Shown piece by piece: positions 10,868 through 21,203 of a stretch of DNA of 64,000 nucleotides. The translations under genes were made by a program, and so were the position numbers. Below the pieces are notes generated by a model that saw only the letters and a program-made list of their open reading frames with translations, did not search any database and was not told the DNA's origin. The stretch lies in NCBI GenBank assembly GCA_054600435.1, contig BAAIJX010000033.1, forward strand, positions 1 to 64,000. Direction: 5' to 3'. This DNA comes from Neophaeotheca triangularis (taxonomy: Eukaryota). Numbering within the stretch: the first letter of the stretch is position 1; every line of letters begins with the position of its first letter.

Positions 10868-12532
10868 CTAATCTTCATCCATGCTTTCCCAACCGCCACG
10901 CTCTCCTCCACCATTTGCCGCTTCCTCGGCCTCTTCCTCCTCTTCCTCCTCTTCATTGTCTGCCTCCACACCAATCAGCCTTTCCTCCTTTGCTTCTGGC
11001 ATCTTCACTCGCCCGGCAAACGCCTCCCTTACGGCTTTGTTGGTGCTCGTGTCCCAGACTTGAACGCTGCCTTTGCTCCCTGCCACTGCAAGCCTGAACG
11101 CTACTTCCTTGTCTGGTGCAAAGTTCGCAGCAAACACCTTGCCGACACCGAGATCGCGCGAGGTTACCATGCTAGGTCCACTGGGGCCTCCAGCGGCCTC
11201 GGAGACGTTCCAAAGCTTGACCGTGCGGTCTGTGGATGCTGTGGCGATGTATCCGGGGATTTCTGGGTTGATGGAAAAGGATGAAAGCGACTTCTCGTGT
11301 GCCTGCAGTCGCCAGGTCGCCTTGCTCTGCTCCGGAGATGAGGGCAGTTGGCGAGCGTCAAAACAATGCAGGACGCCGTTCTCAGTACTGACGTAGAAGA
11401 GGTTCTCGTTGTGCGGGTCACACTTGATCTGCTCGACGTCGCTCTCCACGCCCCATCGAGGAACCTTCGAGTCTGGGGCACGCATGTCTGCCGCAACGAC
11501 TGTTCGGTCGTATGAGCCTGACAACAGCACCGAGGTTTGCGTGGGATGCCACGCAAGGGCGCAGACTTTGTCTGTGTGGTGGGCGTAGGAGTGCGCGGCA
11601 GTGCAGGTGTTGAGATCCCAGAGCTTGACCGTCTTGTCCGCTGAAGCTGAGGCGAGCAAGTTTCGATGGGTGCGATTCGCCGCGAGAGAGAGTACGGAAT
11701 CTGTGTGATATGCTGCATTTGCCTTCTTACTCTTCTTCTTCTTCTTTTGGGGTGCCGTAGGGTCCTTGGGCTGCGTGCTTTGACCGAGGATGGCGTCCGG
11801 GTACATGCAATCGATCATGTCCAAATTCCAAAGCTCGATATCAGGATCGAGAGTTCCAACAGCTGCCATGTTGCCGTGTGAATCCGCCGGTACATCCTTG
11901 CCAACCTTCGCGTCCAGCCACTCTACGCACAAGGGGACGGCCGGCAGCATGACATCGTGGTGCACGTACAAGTTGTCCGCGCTGTCTTCGTACACGTACA
12001 CTTCAAGATGCGCAACTTCGTCCTCCACTCGGGCAGCGAGCACCATGTTGTCTGTTGGCAGGATCTGGGTCTCTTCCCTTTCCTCATCGTCTGACTCCTC
12101 GTTCTCTTTGAGAGTGATGTAAGGATCCTCCGCATTACTCGCATGATACGCCAAAGACTTGACGTTGCTGAACAGCCCGCTCATCTCGTCCTTGTCTTCA
12201 TCTTCACTGCCGTTCGGCCCAGCTGCGTCCTGTGGGTCATCGTCGTAATGCTCGAGGTCGTACTCCTTCAAATCGTCGTCCTGCAAGTCAACGTCACCGT
12301 CCTCGTCCTCGTCTTTCCTTTCTGCCTCCTTCTTCTCTTTCCGCTTGCTCGTCTCTTCTGGGGTTTCATTCACGGCTTGCTTCGCGTCTTCGAGATCCTC
12401 TTTCGCATCGTCCAGTTCGAGTTTCGCGAGCTTTGCGATCCTCTCATATTCGCTGTCGTCGAAGACATATTTGGTAGGGTACGCCGCGGCCTTCCCACGA
12501 GGCACCCAAGCAGTCGCTGTGATCATAGACAT
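10868..12532 (-). CDS. PWP1: Periodic tryptophan protein 1 (WD40, rRNA processing)
   Basis: MSMITATAWVPRG start, acidic N-terminus, NLYVHHDVMLPAVPLCVEW and WD40 repeats. Confidence 0.93.
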   Translation of the reverse strand: MSMITATAWVPRGKAAAYPTKYVFDDSEYERIAKLAKLELDDAKEDLEDAKQAVNETPEETSKRKEKKEAERKDEDEDGDVDLQDDDLKEYDLEHYDDDPQDAAGPNGSEDEDKDEMSGLFSNVKSLAYHASNAEDPYITLKENEESDDEEREETQILPTDNMVLAARVEDEVAHLEVYVYEDSADNLYVHHDVMLPAVPLCVEWLDAKVGKDVPADSHGNMAAVGTLDPDIELWNLDMIDCMYPDAILGQSTQPKDPTAPQKKKKKSKKANAAYHTDSVLSLAANRTHRNLLASASADKTVKLWDLNTCTAAHSYAHHTDKVCALAWHPTQTSVLLSGSYDRTVVAADMRAPDSKVPRWGVESDVEQIKCDPHNENLFYVSTENGVLHCFDARQLPSSPEQSKATWRLQAHEKSLSSFSINPEIPGYIATASTDRTVKLWNVSEAAGGPSGPSMVTSRDLGVGKVFAANFAPDKEVAFRLAVAGSKGSVQVWDTSTNKAVREAFAGRVKMPEAKEERLIGVEADNEEEEEEEEAEEAANGGGERGGWESMDED

Positions 12533-12864
12533 GCTGCGATGTGTGTGTGTGTGTGGGTGTGCAGTAGTTATCAGGTGCAGAAGTTAACGTCAATCTTGGG
12601 TCTAAAAAGTTTCCAGCTCGAAATTTTGGCATGACGGCTTATCGATAGGTCCGCTTCGCATGTGATTGAGGGGAGTTACAGTGGAGATGTCGGGTGGGCA
12701 TGATTTTTTCCGTACTCGAATGCAATTTATGTGCACACCGATTTTGTTTAAATGGCACGGTCAGCTTTCGTAGAGAGTCTCATGGGAGTAATGGTTTCTT
12801 TTTTCTATGGATTGTCTATCATGTACCAAGCGCAGGACCTCGCGTCTTTACTCATGTCTTCCCT

Positions 12865-13938
12865 TTACAAAAGAGGGTTGGAGCGGTACTCCGGCACCTC
12901 GCCATTTGCTTGCTCGCTGCCCTTCTTGACCTCGTTGTCAGCCTCTGGACCATCCTCAGCAATATCTTGCTCTGCCAACCACTTCTCGGCCTCCAGCGCG
13001 GCCATACAGCCCGAGCCTGCCGAGGTGACGGCCTGGCGGTACTTTTTGTCCTGCACGTCACCTGCTGCGAAGACACCCGCTACGTTCGTCTCTGTAGTAC
13101 CAGGGGTTGTGATGAGGTACCCGTCTTCGTCCATCTTCAACTGACCCTTGAAGAGGTGCGTCGCCGGCTCGTGGCCAACGGCGTAGAAAAGACCGTTGGC
13201 GGAGATCTCCTCCTCTTCGCCAGTCTTGCTGTTCTTGATCTTCAGGCTCTGCATCAAACCCCTTGGCTTGTCCTCACCCTTGATCTGTGTCGCATGTGTG
13301 TTGTACTTGATTTCAATCTTTGGGTTCGTGCTCAGTCGTCTCGCGTTCGTCTTGCTCGCGCGGAGTACGTCTCTCCGTACAAGCACAGTGACCTTCGACG
13401 CCTTCTTGGTCAGGTAAACGGCCTCCTCAACTGCACTGTCACCTCCACCAATCACTACCAATGGCTTCTCGCGGAAGATAGGAAGCGATCCATCGCAGAC
13501 AGCACATGCGGAGACACCGTTGCCCCAGTACTGCTCCTCTCCGTCCAGATTCAGTCTTCTCGCCTTAGCGCCAGTCGCTATCACAATGCTGTCTGCGGTG
13601 TGCGTCTCTTCCTCCAAGTTCTCGTCATCTCCCATGGGGTGCAACCAGTACTTGAAAGGCCTCTGGCTAAGGTCGATCTTGCCAACAGTTTGGCTGACAA
13701 TCTCAGTGCCGCAAGCCTCGCTTTGCGCGCGCATGTTGTCCATGAGGGTAGCGCCCTGGATCTTTGTAAAACCAGGGAAGTTCTCGACCTCGTCGGTGGT
13801 GGTGAGCTGTCCTCCTGCGGCAATTCCTAGCGCAAGAAACCCCTCGTACATGACAGGCTTGAGGTCGGCACGGGCGGCGTAAATTGCGGCGGTGTGGCCT
13901 GCTGGGCCGGAGCCAACGATGACCAACTTGGAATGCAT
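12865..13938 (-). CDS. TRR1: Thioredoxin reductase (low-MW type); AUG-initiated form, with a possible CUG-initiated extension from 14100
   Basis: MHSKLVIVGSGPAG, ENFPGF, redox motif CAVC, GGGDSA and GVFAAGDVQD..YRQAVTSAGSG. Confidence 0.96.
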   Translation of the reverse strand: MHSKLVIVGSGPAGHTAAIYAARADLKPVMYEGFLALGIAAGGQLTTTDEVENFPGFTKIQGATLMDNMRAQSEACGTEIVSQTVGKIDLSQRPFKYWLHPMGDDENLEEETHTADSIVIATGAKARRLNLDGEEQYWGNGVSACAVCDGSLPIFREKPLVVIGGGDSAVEEAVYLTKKASKVTVLVRRDVLRASKTNARRLSTNPKIEIKYNTHATQIKGEDKPRGLMQSLKIKNSKTGEEEEISANGLFYAVGHEPATHLFKGQLKMDEDGYLITTPGTTETNVAGVFAAGDVQDKKYRQAVTSAGSGCMAALEAEKWLAEQDIAEDGPEADNEVKKGSEQANGEVPEYRSNPLL

Positions 13939-14972
13939 CTTGCGGTTCTGCTGAAGGGTGGAGAGTGTTGGAGAGGTGGTTGGAGAAAGTGCCTCTGCGG
14001 TTGTCGCGGGTCTGTAGAAGGACGCTGCCGCTAATGGGAGAGAGAGACCAGAAAGAAAAGTGGTTCGAAAACCGGTGCGGCGGAATGCGTTGGCGAACAG
14101 TTTGGCGGCGTTGGGCTGATATGTGTGAATAGACAGAGTATTTTGGGGGAAGGGTGAGGAGTATTGAAATGATAGAGCGAGGGGCAACTTCAATGAAACT
14201 GAAGATGAATCAGCACATTTTCTAGGGTCTTATGGAAGGCTCGCTAAGGTATCTTCTTATTAGTTTCGGGGTTTTTGTGCAGAAATGCGTTTGTAATGGT
14301 TCCAGCCAGATTGACAAGGATCAGCCGATGGCCTCGGGACTTTGCCAGTGCCTGCCGAGTGATGACTGACAAACAGCCCTGCTACGTAGCACTTCCGTGT
14401 CGGGTCTGGAAGACAACTCAAAGGAATTCCATACCCAGCATTGACGATACCTGTTTTCACGGCATTATAGCTACGAATGAATTCCGTATCAACACGTCGA
14501 GATGCCGTTCCGACCTGCCTGATTGGCTTATGGTTCTTGAGAGTATTACGAGAGGATTCAAGATCTGGTGCGTCAAGCAAATGTACGCTCTACTATAAAG
14601 AAGGGTACCTATGAAGCCAGCAGTCTTGATCTAAAGCAAATGGGTATCATGCACTAAAAGCAACGCTTGTACGCTTCTCAAATTCGCGCCATGTCGAGAA
14701 CTTCACATGATGTTGCACCGAGCAGGATGATGGCCATGCTCAACGTGCTCTGCCTCGAGTGCTACCCCAACGCCCGTCCCTGGTCTGGAGGTGGCCCGGT
14801 GAGTCGGAGGAGCGGGAGGGCGATCATGGAACTGAGCGAAGAATCGAGGATGAGAGCAAGCCTTCTGCGGCATCGGGTCAACTGCTCGCGAAGCGCGTCC
14901 TGTTCTTGCTGGGCCTGTGTCAGGAACGGGAAGAGCGGAGGCAATCGCTGGAGAAGAGTCACTAACAGCACC

Positions 14973-16022
14973 TCATCCGTTGTTTGAGAGGAGTTGAAGC
15001 GCACTTTTGAAAGCTTGTACGACTTGGACATCTGCGAATGAATTGTAAGTGATGGCCATTGCAAAGCGCCAATGCGCTTGCTTACAGTGTTTTCTTTTTT
15101 CCTCCAGCGAATTCTCCTCGTTTTGAACGTAAGCCATATGCGTCGAGAGTCTATTGTAGATATTAGTGGATGAAACATTGCTTGCCGGTGTGATTGCTTG
15201 CCTCAAGTGGCTTCTCTCGACCTCGCGGCCGCCGATTTCTGAGATCCAGACGGTGAAGTACTGTGCTTGCAGAGTTAGATAAAGCCACTTCCATCGACAG
15301 TTCATCTGGTTGCAGCGAACCTCTGAAAGATGATTGTACTCGTTGTACAACTGCCGCTCTTCAGCAGCTAGATCCCGCAATTTTTGATGATATCTCTCGC
15401 TGAGATCGTCCCAGTCGAAATTCTCGATCAGCCTATCAGGGTCGAATGAGGAGTCCCGGTCGGCTGATCGTTCGTCAGGCATTGGCTCCTCGTCCTCGCT
15501 ATCTTTGGTGGCTGGAGCCGCTTTCTTGCGTCGAGACGATTTTTCCACAGCAGCATTCTCGCTCACAGAAGGACGCTTCAGATGAGGAGCTTGCTGTCCG
15601 TGGCTTGCCTGCCCGGACATGGGTGGCATTTGAGACCCGGGGGCCGATAAGGATGTCTGCTCTAGCTCCAGGGTTCGTGGAATGGTGCTGCTCTGAGATG
15701 CCTGGCTGGGAAGCATGGTGCCTGACGAGTTTAGTCTGGTTGAGGTAGGCTTGGCTGTATGCTCGTTGGCTTCAGGCTGGTCGGCACTGTCTGTACTCGT
15801 GTCGACGTTTGTTCGAGGCACGGTACTGTTGAGTGTCGTCCCCTCCTCCCGATCAGATTCAGTTGATTCGTATGCTGCCGCGGTTGCCTCCACAAAAGGT
15901 GGGCGCGAGTTGGCAAAGCTGTCCCCTCCGTTACTACCGGTCTCCAAGTCGCTGACTTCTTCGCGGTGTGGCGATGCATTTGCCCTTTCCTGCTGCTCGC
16001 CCCCCATGCGCATCCCAGGCAT
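14973..16022 (-). CDS. Hypothetical protein (disordered N-terminus, helical/coiled-coil C-terminal domain), 4 exons
   Basis: ATG 16022. Introns 15261-15320 (GTTCGC), 15151-15201 (GC donor GCAAGC) and 15032-15085 (GTAAGC). The spliced C-terminus reads FDWDDLSERYH..YFTVW..HYVQVVQAFKSALQLL. Confidence 0.7.
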   Translation of the reverse strand: MPGMRMGGEQQERANASPHREEVSDLETGSNGGDSFANSRPPFVEATAAAYESTESDREEGTTLNSTVPRTNVDTSTDSADQPEANEHTAKPTSTRLNSSGTMLPSQASQSSTIPRTLELEQTSLSAPGSQMPPMSGQASHGQQAPHLKRPSVSENAAVEKSSRRKKAAPATKDSEDEEPMPDERSADRDSSFDPDRLIENFDWDDLSERYHQKLRDLAAEERQLYNEYNHLSEVRCNQMNCRWKWLYLTLQAQYFTVWISEIGGREVERSHLRQAITPASNVSSTNIYNRLSTHMAYVQNEENSLEEKRKHCKQAHWRFAMAITYNSFADVQVVQAFKSALQLLSNNG

Positions 16023-16463
16023 GATGGGAGTCGTCAAAGTGTGTTTGGAATCTACCTGGGGCAGCTGGAAGATTGAAGCGGTGGGATGTAACTGGTAGTG
16101 AAGGCAAGTGGGGCAACAATCACGTCGCGTGCGCGAGAACATGTGACTGGTCTGTCCTGATGCCTGACCCTTAGATTCCACAGGCACTCGTCTCTTTGTC
16201 CTTGCCACCGCCATCTGCGACGCTACGACACACAACTACCTTTCAATACCTCACCTTAGCAAACACTTTGGATTCTTCGTGCCGTGTTATGCACCGTCTG
16301 CATCATCTAACCATCTCACAAGATTTAGAAGTCTTGTGAGCCAGCAAAGACTAGGCAATTTTGTCCCTCTTGCCATGGAGTGAAGTAGCACTGCCATCAT
16401 GACCAGGAGGCAACATTCGGCTCACAACGAAGTGCAGAGCCGCTGTCTCCACACTTGCCCAAC

Positions 16464-18029
16464 ATGAGCTGTGACATATGTGCGAAGCCTTTCAAAGGAA
16501 GCCGGAAGCCCACCTGCGTCTCTTGCGCCCAAGCCGCACTCTATGGATCGCGCGTTCAGCATGTGTTTTCGGCTCTCGACAGAGAAAAGGCTCATACGCA
16601 TGGGGAGGCTATTTTTCGCCCCGGCAACGACGGAGTGCTTGCAGCACTCGCTGAAGACGCTGATTGGGACACTATTACTGGTGGTATACAGAAACTAGGT
16701 GTCGAGCGGAAGCACGGCGAGCTTGAGGCTTCCAGGCAACGCATCACTGCCATCTCCGAGCAAGCAGCCAATCTCAGGCGGCAAATGGAGGAGTATCGAG
16801 AGTACGCCGCTGAGCAAACCGTCCGTCACGAACAACGGCGGCAACGCATGACGGCCGAAGCGAAGGCTTTAGGTGATCGCAAGAAAACCTCCCTTGATTC
16901 CATCGGGGTTACGAACAGAACGATGAACAGGAGTCTGAACAAAACTCACAGGCGAGTCATGGATGCTCGAGCATATTTGTGCAAAGAAGCCGCCACACTT
17001 GGAGGACTTAAGCATCGAATGTGCAAAACCAAGGACGGCAGGACGGAGAACGACTATATGCTTGGAGGCACATCAATTCCAAACCTTAAACGACTAAACA
17101 ACATAGATCATCAATCTGTTTCGGCCTCGCTGGACAGCATTTGCCGCCTGCTCTGTCTCTGTTGCCACTACCTGTCTGTTCGTTTGCCGTGCGAGATTCT
17201 ACCGCCGCACAACGACTTTCCGCATGCCGTAATCTTGCCCGCCGAGAAATCCTATCAGTCTGTAGACGTCGCTTTTCCTAGCACTGCTTCCGGTCACTCA
17301 CCTAGCCCATCTGCATCGTCTACATTGGACCAGAAGTCCCTGCCGAGACCTCGACTACTGCATCTAGACCGGCCATTGCCCAAGCTCGCAAAGGAGGATC
17401 CCAAGATGTATGGCCTTTTCGTTGAGGGCGTTACTCTACTGGCGTGGGACATCGCATGGCTGTGTAAGTCCCAAGGTGTCGACACGATCAATACCCTCGA
17501 TGATCTTTGCGCGATTGGCAAAAATCTTTGGCAGCTACTGCTGGGTCCTGCTATGACGACGGCTGTGGCGCGACCACGCCTTGATCGGGAGGTGTCGACT
17601 GCGAATGATACGACTTCACGCAAGGATCGACCCAAGACCCCCCAGTCAGGAGCGCAGCTCGGCGAGTACTCTCACGGCAGTGCTCATCGATCACTGTCGG
17701 GTGTTGAAGGTACGGGAATTTTTCAAGGCTGGAAACTTGCCTCTTCGCAACGTCTTGTCGATCGACTCAAGTCGCACCTTCAAGCCGAGATGTCTGGTGC
17801 AGAGTGGGAAGTGTTGGAGGAGCGCGAGTGGAACGAGGACCGTGAGGACGAAGAAGCTGTACTTGTTGGCGGTACTCGACCCTCTCCGGACGCCCGACAT
17901 CCTGGCATGAGCATAATGACTGTTGCGCATGATGATGGTTTTGGCGACGGTCCGGAACCATCATCGCTGTCCAGTAATAGAGGCGCCAGTGGATGGACAA
18001 AGCTGCGTGGAAGAGATCATGAGGAATGA
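16464..18029 (+). CDS. Atg14/UVRAG-like PI3K complex subunit
   Basis: N-terminal CxxC..CxxC (CDIC..CVSC), a long coiled coil, then HYLSVRLPCEI and FVEGVTLLAWDIAWLC motifs. Confidence 0.75.
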   Translation: MSCDICAKPFKGSRKPTCVSCAQAALYGSRVQHVFSALDREKAHTHGEAIFRPGNDGVLAALAEDADWDTITGGIQKLGVERKHGELEASRQRITAISEQAANLRRQMEEYREYAAEQTVRHEQRRQRMTAEAKALGDRKKTSLDSIGVTNRTMNRSLNKTHRRVMDARAYLCKEAATLGGLKHRMCKTKDGRTENDYMLGGTSIPNLKRLNNIDHQSVSASLDSICRLLCLCCHYLSVRLPCEILPPHNDFPHAVILPAEKSYQSVDVAFPSTASGHSPSPSASSTLDQKSLPRPRLLHLDRPLPKLAKEDPKMYGLFVEGVTLLAWDIAWLCKSQGVDTINTLDDLCAIGKNLWQLLLGPAMTTAVARPRLDREVSTANDTTSRKDRPKTPQSGAQLGEYSHGSAHRSLSGVEGTGIFQGWKLASSQRLVDRLKSHLQAEMSGAEWEVLEEREWNEDREDEEAVLVGGTRPSPDARHPGMSIMTVAHDDGFGDGPEPSSLSSNRGASGWTKLRGRDHEE

Positions 18030-18666
18030 AAGTTACATGTTGGCGGTGTTTGCGAGCACAAGATACCCAAGAGTCGAATCACTTTCTATGTTCCGCACGC
18101 CTGACAAGTATCAGGCAATTAGTCGATTTATTCGTCCACTCACCACAACGGTTAATACCGGTGACATGCTTTTTACGGCTAGAGTAGGGCTTCACTGGCC
18201 ATGGGTTGCCCCAAGCGCACTAATGTCCACCGTAGATCGTTCATTTCCTTCTTCACTAGCGAGCCCAGCACCACGATGTTGCTCGTGCCTTCACGAATTG
18301 TTTTAACCGGCCTTGGGGCAATATTTGACAGGGAAACTTGTTGGTTATAACGATTGCCAACTTCTAGTATCGCGAGAATTGCGTGTGATCCTTTGCGGAG
18401 ACGACCCTTGAACGCTGGCAGGGCTGCATATTCAGTGAGTCAGGCAATATAGAGCATATGGTAGTATGTTTTCTTCTGATTCTTTCTCCTTCGCCTGCTG
18501 CTTTCGCCTTTTCTCACCAACGACAGCTTAATTGCTGGGAACGTTGCCATTCCTTACGCCTCACTTAAGTCACTCGTTCGGTATCCAAAGTATTCTGCAC
18601 TACTCTTCTGTATTACGAAAGTCCCCTACCCAGCACCCACTTCGAGAGAGCCAGAAAACCCCAGTC

Positions 18667-19734
18667 ATGCGTCCTGAGCGCATGGCGATACTGCTCGTGG
18701 CTAGCTTGGTTTCTCTCGTCGATGCCGCCAGCATTCGACCGCGACACCAAGAGCTTCACGCGAAGAGGCAGCAAGACATTGCAGCAACCTTGGATCGTGA
18801 CTCCCCTTCCAAAAATTCTCCTAGCGCAAGCATGAGTCCGTTGGCGAAGTCGCAATTATCCTCGACCGCGTTGGAGTCCAAGCCGCAGACCTCTTCTATC
18901 AGTGAATTCAAATCGATCGCACCGAACAGCAATCAGTGGGCCGTGACCTACATTCCCTACGCGGCTGACGGCTCCTGCAAAGCCGCTGACGAGGTGGCAT
19001 CGGATATTGCTGCCATCGCATTGAAAGGATTCACGACCGTCCGCCTCTACGCAACGGACTGCTCTGGTCTCCAGGTCATCGGCAGCGCCAGCGAGGCTCA
19101 CGATCTGAAAATGATCACGGGAATCTACGTCGGCGACGATGGGATCGGTACGGGCACTGAAGAGCAAATCGCAGACCTCATCGAATGGGGCTCGGGCCGC
19201 TGGGATCTGGTGGAGATGGTGGTGGCGGGCAACGAGGCTGTCTTCAACGAATACCTAACTGCGGTTCAATTGGCCGAGTTCGTTCGCGAGACTAGGGAGA
19301 GGCTGCGTATGGCAGGTTATTCGGGTCCAGTCACCACGGCTGAGCCACTCGTCATGATTCAGGAGAACTCGGCTTTGATATGCGAAGTGGTGGATGTTGT
19401 TGCCGCGAACATTCAGCCCTTTTTTAATGCCGCTCTGACGGCCGAGAGGGCAGGGAGATTTGTAGCCAGCCAGCTAGGTGATCTGGCTAGATGTTGTGGT
19501 CATGAGAAAGAAGCCTACAACTTGGAGACTGGTTGGCCTACTCAGGGTAGCCCTAACGGTGGTGCTTTGCCAGGCTATGCTCAACAAGCAATTGCGATTG
19601 GGAGTATCCTTCTGGAGGCTGGTAGGAACAGCGTGATTTCTAGCTACACCGACGATGCTTGGAAATCGCCGGGAGAACTGGGCATCGAGCAAGCCTGGGG
19701 TGTCTCGGAGTTGTTTCAGGGACAAGTTTCGTAA
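18667..19734 (+). CDS. Secreted GH17 beta-1,3-glucanase/glucanosyltransferase (Scw/BtgE-like)
   Basis: Signal peptide, Ser-rich linker, VRLYATDC, catalytic GNEAV and ETGWP motifs, NIQPFF. Confidence 0.88.
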   Translation: MRPERMAILLVASLVSLVDAASIRPRHQELHAKRQQDIAATLDRDSPSKNSPSASMSPLAKSQLSSTALESKPQTSSISEFKSIAPNSNQWAVTYIPYAADGSCKAADEVASDIAAIALKGFTTVRLYATDCSGLQVIGSASEAHDLKMITGIYVGDDGIGTGTEEQIADLIEWGSGRWDLVEMVVAGNEAVFNEYLTAVQLAEFVRETRERLRMAGYSGPVTTAEPLVMIQENSALICEVVDVVAANIQPFFNAALTAERAGRFVASQLGDLARCCGHEKEAYNLETGWPTQGSPNGGALPGYAQQAIAIGSILLEAGRNSVISSYTDDAWKSPGELGIEQAWGVSELFQGQVS

Positions 19735-19929
19735 GCGGTTTGGAGTTCATTGGGATCTCTCATGGCATTTGCTGCACACTGCAAAATATTTGTGGTCGTT
19801 TTCTTAGCTTCGGGCTTTATAGTTTTGATGATACCCTTGCCACACGGCCAATACGCTCCTTGCTTACGCCTTCAACGCCTCGCTTGCAAAAGTACCCGTC
19901 AACATCCGTTTCCTTGCCACACGCATGCT

Positions 19930-20583
19930 TCACATCTCGCCGCACTGTGACACTCTCACATCGATGACCGGCTGGTGGGAGTCGCTGCTGACCCGCACAG
20001 CTTCGATTTTCCGCACGACATCCATGCCCTCGACTACCTTGCCGAATACGACATGCTTGCCGTCCAGGTGAGGAGTCGGAACTGTGGTGATGAAGAATTG
20101 ACAGCCATTCGTGTTGGGGCCTTGGTTCTGAAGTACGGAGATGGAATCAGTCTCAAATTTTTTATCAGGGACTCAGATACCACCTACCGCCGTGCTCAAC
20201 AAGCCAGGTTCATCGTGCTTCAAATTGAGATTCTCGTCATCCATGAACTCGGGCCCGTAGATGGTGGTGCTTCCTCGACCGTCGCCCTTGACGAAGTCAC
20301 CGCCCTGGAGCATGAATCCCGAGATCACGCGGTGGAATTTGGTGTTCTTGTAGCCTTGCGGCTTGCCCTTGTCGTTCTGCGTCTCACCGGTGCAGAATTG
20401 GCGGAAGTTCTCGGAGGTGCGAGCTGAATGTGACGAGGAACGATTAGTGGCGATATCGAAGATCTGTGGTAAATGATGGGAGAACTCACGAGTGACATCG
20501 TGGAACAGCTCGAACTTGATACGACCGAGTGGTTCGCCTCCCAACGTGACGTCGAAAAATGTGATGGGGTTTGGTTCGGCCAT
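19930..20583 (-). CDS. Cyclophilin-type PPIase, U4/U6 snRNP cyclophilin H-like, 3 exons
   Basis: ATG 20583, introns 20424-20489 and 20128-20187. [47 protein letters not shown] and a QCGEM* C-terminus. Confidence 0.9.
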
Positions 20584-21203
20584 AATGGGACGTAGGGGTA
20601 AGGATGTGCCAGGATACGTCAAATGTGGTTCCCTTGCCTAGGTATGTTCAGCTGTATTGCGAAAGGGTCAACAAATTGTGTTTCAGACACAGATTTTGGT
20701 GTTGGCACATACTTCACTCTTGGAAGTATTTTACGCTCGTGCCGAGATTCAAAGAGGGTAGCAAGACAAGAAGAGTGGCTGATAAAAGGTCAGTGAGTTA
20801 CTCGAACTCCTTTATATGCCGGTAGTAGAGCTTCCTAATTCCTAAGAGGTGACCCATTAACCGGGGAGTGAATGTTTCTGGAGTCCAGCTACCTTAGGGC
20901 GAGAGTTTGGGTTGTGAATCAGCCTTTTGACTCAAACTTTTGACTCAGGCCCGCCCCCACCACCATTGCTGCATACTTTACATATTCGAGCTCCTACAGA
21001 ACATCTCCCTCCATACCCATCGATCCCGTGAACTTCGACCTCCAATATTTCCGTAGAAGGTCGACTCGACTGCCGCTGTATTCGATTGACCGACCCATCC
21101 GTCGACACAGACAAAACTGTCGATCCTTAAGCCCTTTCCACAGGCGCTAAGGCGCACCCTTTTCCATTCTCCTCGAACCTTCGCACCGCATAGGTCTTTT
21201 ACT

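Noticed and set aside
12694..13830. 378-aa antisense ORF over TRR1 (similar ones at 49095-50135, 52652-53539 and 4547-5230)
   Set aside because: These are shadow ORFs produced by the codon bias of the sense gene and have no recognisable motifs.
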